A DNA stretch of 28,355 nucleotides from the NCBI GenBank assembly GCA_001949185.1, contig BDGG01000004.1, positions 1 to 28,355 on the forward strand, read 5' to 3'. Of this stretch, positions 25,308 to 28,355 are shown in pieces (within the stretch, counting starts at the first letter, position 1; each line of letters opens with the position of its first letter). The stretch is from Ramazzottius varieornatus (lineage: Eukaryota; Animalia; Tardigrada). A model generated the notes under the pieces. That model saw only the letters and a list, made by a program, of their open reading frames with translations, did no database searches and was not told the origin of the DNA. The position numbers and the translations under genes are program-made.

Positions 25308-26000
25308 TCACACCCAGTTGACTTTCCGTTGACGAAGCGTGTTGACGTTCCGCGCACACCGCGTCCGTCTCAACAGATACCCACGAAGTTCAGCTCGACA
25401 CACCGCCTTGTAGAAGTCGCAATCCGAAGTGTACATTCCGCCGATTTCATCGCAAATACGTATAGGCGCTGTAGCCGAGCTCTTTCGGCAACTCCAGTTG
25501 CACACAGGAACGTAAGGCACGTATGGGTTGGGGTTGCTGTTAAACGTTGGATCGGGCTCGAACAGCGGAGTCGACACACTGGCAGCAGAAGAAGGACTCC
25601 AGAAGCCGGGGACGGGCGCATTACCTTCGTTCTCTTGGCCATGGGCCGGCGCGTTCGGATCCGCGGGTCCTTGACAGGGCGTCATGTCCTGAACCATCAA
25701 GGCTAAAATAGGAGAAAACTCCAGCAGCCACGGGATGCGAATTCTGTTGGTCACATGATACTCACTTGGGATGTTGATTCTGGCACACATGAAGAAGCAC
25801 ATGTTTGAGTAGAGATTGTTGTCGGTTGCACAGACCGGTTCCCATACGTGTGGACAGAAGCATGCGGATACATCTGAAAGGCAACATGAAATCAATTCAC
25901 CAACAAAATCTTGAACGTTTCATTACCGCGTACCTCTTAGGTAAGCAAACAGGGAAAATGACAGCCATATCCATTTGATACACATAATTTTCGATGACAT
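25308..26000 (-). CDS. Secreted Kazal-type protease inhibitor-like protein, two Kazal domains with a Pro-rich linker
   Basis: Exons 26000-25934 (MSSKIMCIKWIWLSFSLFAYLR, signal-like), 25873-25766, 25702-25308. Domain 1: CFCPHVWEPVCATDNNLYSNMCFFMCA...C. Domain 2: CNWSC...ICDEIGGMYTSDCDFYKAVC...C. Confidence 0.85.
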
Positions 26001-27176
26001 CTCCAGCCGGGCCGGCGTATCCAGGCTCTTGAAGACCTAATATGAGCAATTTTCAGGCATTGTCGAACTAATTAGTCTCGATCATCTGCTTAGTCAAGAT
26101 AGACCGGCTGTTAAGGTTCTCCATCATTAGACTGGAAAGCCACAAGAGCCCCAGTATCCGTGTTCACACCATGGCTAAAGATGTTATCATGCATTGTTTG
26201 TTGGGCGGATGAGGCAATCAAAAACGCACCATCTCAACCAGTTCTTCAACAATACAACAAGTGAGACTCGGCATCGCTTGCGTACAATTAATTGATGTCG
26301 GAGCCTGCCCTAGCCGAATCCCGGTTCCTGCTGTGTCCGAAAAGGGCTCTTCAAAAATCCAAAAGTTCTCCGATTTTTTCTGCTTGAAGTGAGCAGGCTG
26401 CTCTGTTTCTGCTCAGATTAAGCCATGAAGACAGCAGGAACAGAGCTTTAAACTCAAGGCAAAAACATCGTCTGTGAACTCAGCAGGAACCCCTCGGCCG
26501 ACTCGCTGTTTTGTTGGGACGGGAGGACCCCGCTTCACTGCATTCTGCCCCCCCCCCCTTGAACGATGTCCACGCGACAACCAAAATGAATCTCGAAGAA
26601 AGCACTGATCCAATTTGATTGCTTTCCTGTTACGGACGAGATCTCCTCGGCTTTGGCATACAACAGGGCACGCGGTTGATCATTCCAAAGCGCCATCTGG
26701 ACCTCGGTCTGGTCTGCTGCATTTTGCCAGAGCTGCCGCATGGACGCCGAACTTTAATTTTGCCAGTAAAAGTATAGCACTGCACTGCCGTCGATCGCGG
26801 CACGCTCCCAGCGGACCGCTGAAAATACAGTATTTCTCACAGGCTTTTCCAACATTGGGGAAACCTCTTTTCCTGCAAGACCCGGAAGAAACTTTCTGTA
26901 TTCTTCTTTGTTTCTGGACCAGTACCGTTAAGTTCCACAAGAGTTATTCTATCTAAGAAATGGACAAACAAGCAAAACAGCCAAGTACTTCGTCAGATCC
27001 GACGCTGACAACTTCGCCATGCGACTTTGTATTCACAAGTCCGCTATGTTCTCCTCGTAGTGTTTTGTCCAGGCGAAGTGAAAAATCCAAGACGGAAAGA
27101 ATCAAACGTTCGTTCGAAAATTCGAATACATTCCCACTTTGGGTCGTTCTGGCCCTGTGGTTCCCAGAATGTTAAT

Positions 27177-28291
27177 TTAAAGAGTCTGACTCGGTGAACA
27201 TTCAAAAGGCATATTCTCGGTATGCAAGCCACCATGGTCTTTCGACTTGTAGATTGCTGGAATGGGTTTCCGCCCATAACGCATGCTCTCCACCGCGGAA
27301 GTCCTGGAAGGCAGCTCAGCTAAACTTGAGTTCTGATACTCGTCTTCTACTCCAATGTTCATTCTTTCCTCTGTATCAGGTAAGGAACGACGGTACTGAT
27401 GACGATATCCTTCGGGAACCTTCACCGATCCACTGTACGTTGCATTAGCATGCCGGATTGAGCTGTGATGGTAGGTAGCGCTTCGCCTGCCGGTGGGCCG
27501 TATCCAAACTGGAGAAGCAAAATCGGTTACAAGCGTCGGATCATCTTTGACTGGACGATACATGATAGGTATTATGGCGTAGTACGAACCCGACAACATT
27601 GAATCCAGTCGATGTGCCAGTCAGCATCGATGGGGTTAATCTTTTTGGACCAGCCCGTCATCACGTATCCATGCCTAATCCGTGCAGACTTGTCATCGTT
27701 CGTTGTTCGACCCACCTCGAGGAAACGGAAGGAGGCGTGTTAACTTACGTGCAGTAGACCATGTTGTGGAAGGTGGAGTCATAGTATTCAAAGCACATAT
27801 CGTGAGTAGGAACGTAGTAGCACGAAATTTAGTCAATGTAATATCCTATATACAGACTGCAGTTTATAAAAATGGCGTATACAGTATGCAGACACCCTAA
27901 CAATGTGGCTGTGCAGGAACCTTAACTGGCGGCGTCTTGCAGCATTTGTAAGGTTGAATTGTGTCGATGAGAAAGGAAGCCGGACCGACTCGTCGATAGA
28001 CGTAAAAGTTAGCCTCGTTATCCCACATGGCGGTGATAAAAGTGTTGATGGTTTCGGAAGCGTTTTGTGGTTCGAAGCAGAAGAAGTGGGTGGTCATATC
28101 GCGTAAATGACAACTGAATGCGAGGATATTTTTAGGCAGTTACAGTACTGACTTGAAAGCCCTGTCGGTACATCTTGACAATCATGACTTACGTGGGATA
28201 GTAAGGGTATCGACCTTGGCTGGGCGGCTTGTTGACAAAGGCGAAGCGACACCATAAGAAGACCGCTGTTTGGTAGTCATCAAAGTAGTCT
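27177..28291 (-). pseudogene. Cys/Tyr-rich uncharacterised protein gene, 5'-truncated by the window and apparently disabled
   Basis: Splice-bounded exons read DYFDDYQTAVFLWCRF..YPYYPT|CHLRDMTTHFFCFEP...PYKCCKTPP|GYYID*ISCYYVPTHD..EYYD..MVYCT|HGYVMTGWSKKINP..HIDWIQCCRV. TAA at 27829-31; donor reads G|ttaag near 27925; probable frameshift near 27588 before a long C-terminal ORF. Resembles, from memory only, a tardigrade hypothetical-protein family. Confidence 0.7.
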
Positions 28292-28355
28292 CTGAAAAAC
28301 GGCGTACGACGGAATATGGGCGGCCATCGCCGCGATAAGTCGTTTTGCACTTCAC

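Noticed and set aside
26413-27175. Short ORFs (e.g. QTEVQMALWNDQ, vaguely OB-fold-like)
   Set aside because: Too short and fragmentary; no supportable gene model.

Overview
Eukaryotic (animal) genomic DNA with short GT-AG introns. The GPCR motifs (TPFTIY, ALNRLWAVTFPISYR) and compact gene structure suggest a tardigrade, Ramazzottius/Hypsibius-like; this is an inference. Apparently intact genes: a 15-exon secreted CUB-CUB-LDLa-trypsin protease (-), a 2-exon class A GPCR (+), an SNX9/18/33-family sorting nexin (+, first splice donor anomalous) and a secreted two-Kazal-domain inhibitor (-). The middle (about 10.1-20.8 kb) is a block of decayed, mostly intron-bearing genes: ER glucosidase I (MOGS), sigma-like GST, a second GPCR and probably a fourth gene. 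It is interleaved with non-autonomous DNA transposons: 8-bp-TSD hAT-type, TA-TSD Tc1/mariner-type, and a two-copy CCC-ended element with a nested insertion. A Cys/Tyr-rich gene at the right edge is also disabled. I found no clearly new molecular machine. The most notable signals are the pseudogene block, the resolvable nested TE architecture, a 22-nt microexon and a repeated upstream motif. All gene models are manual reconstructions; no database searches were run.
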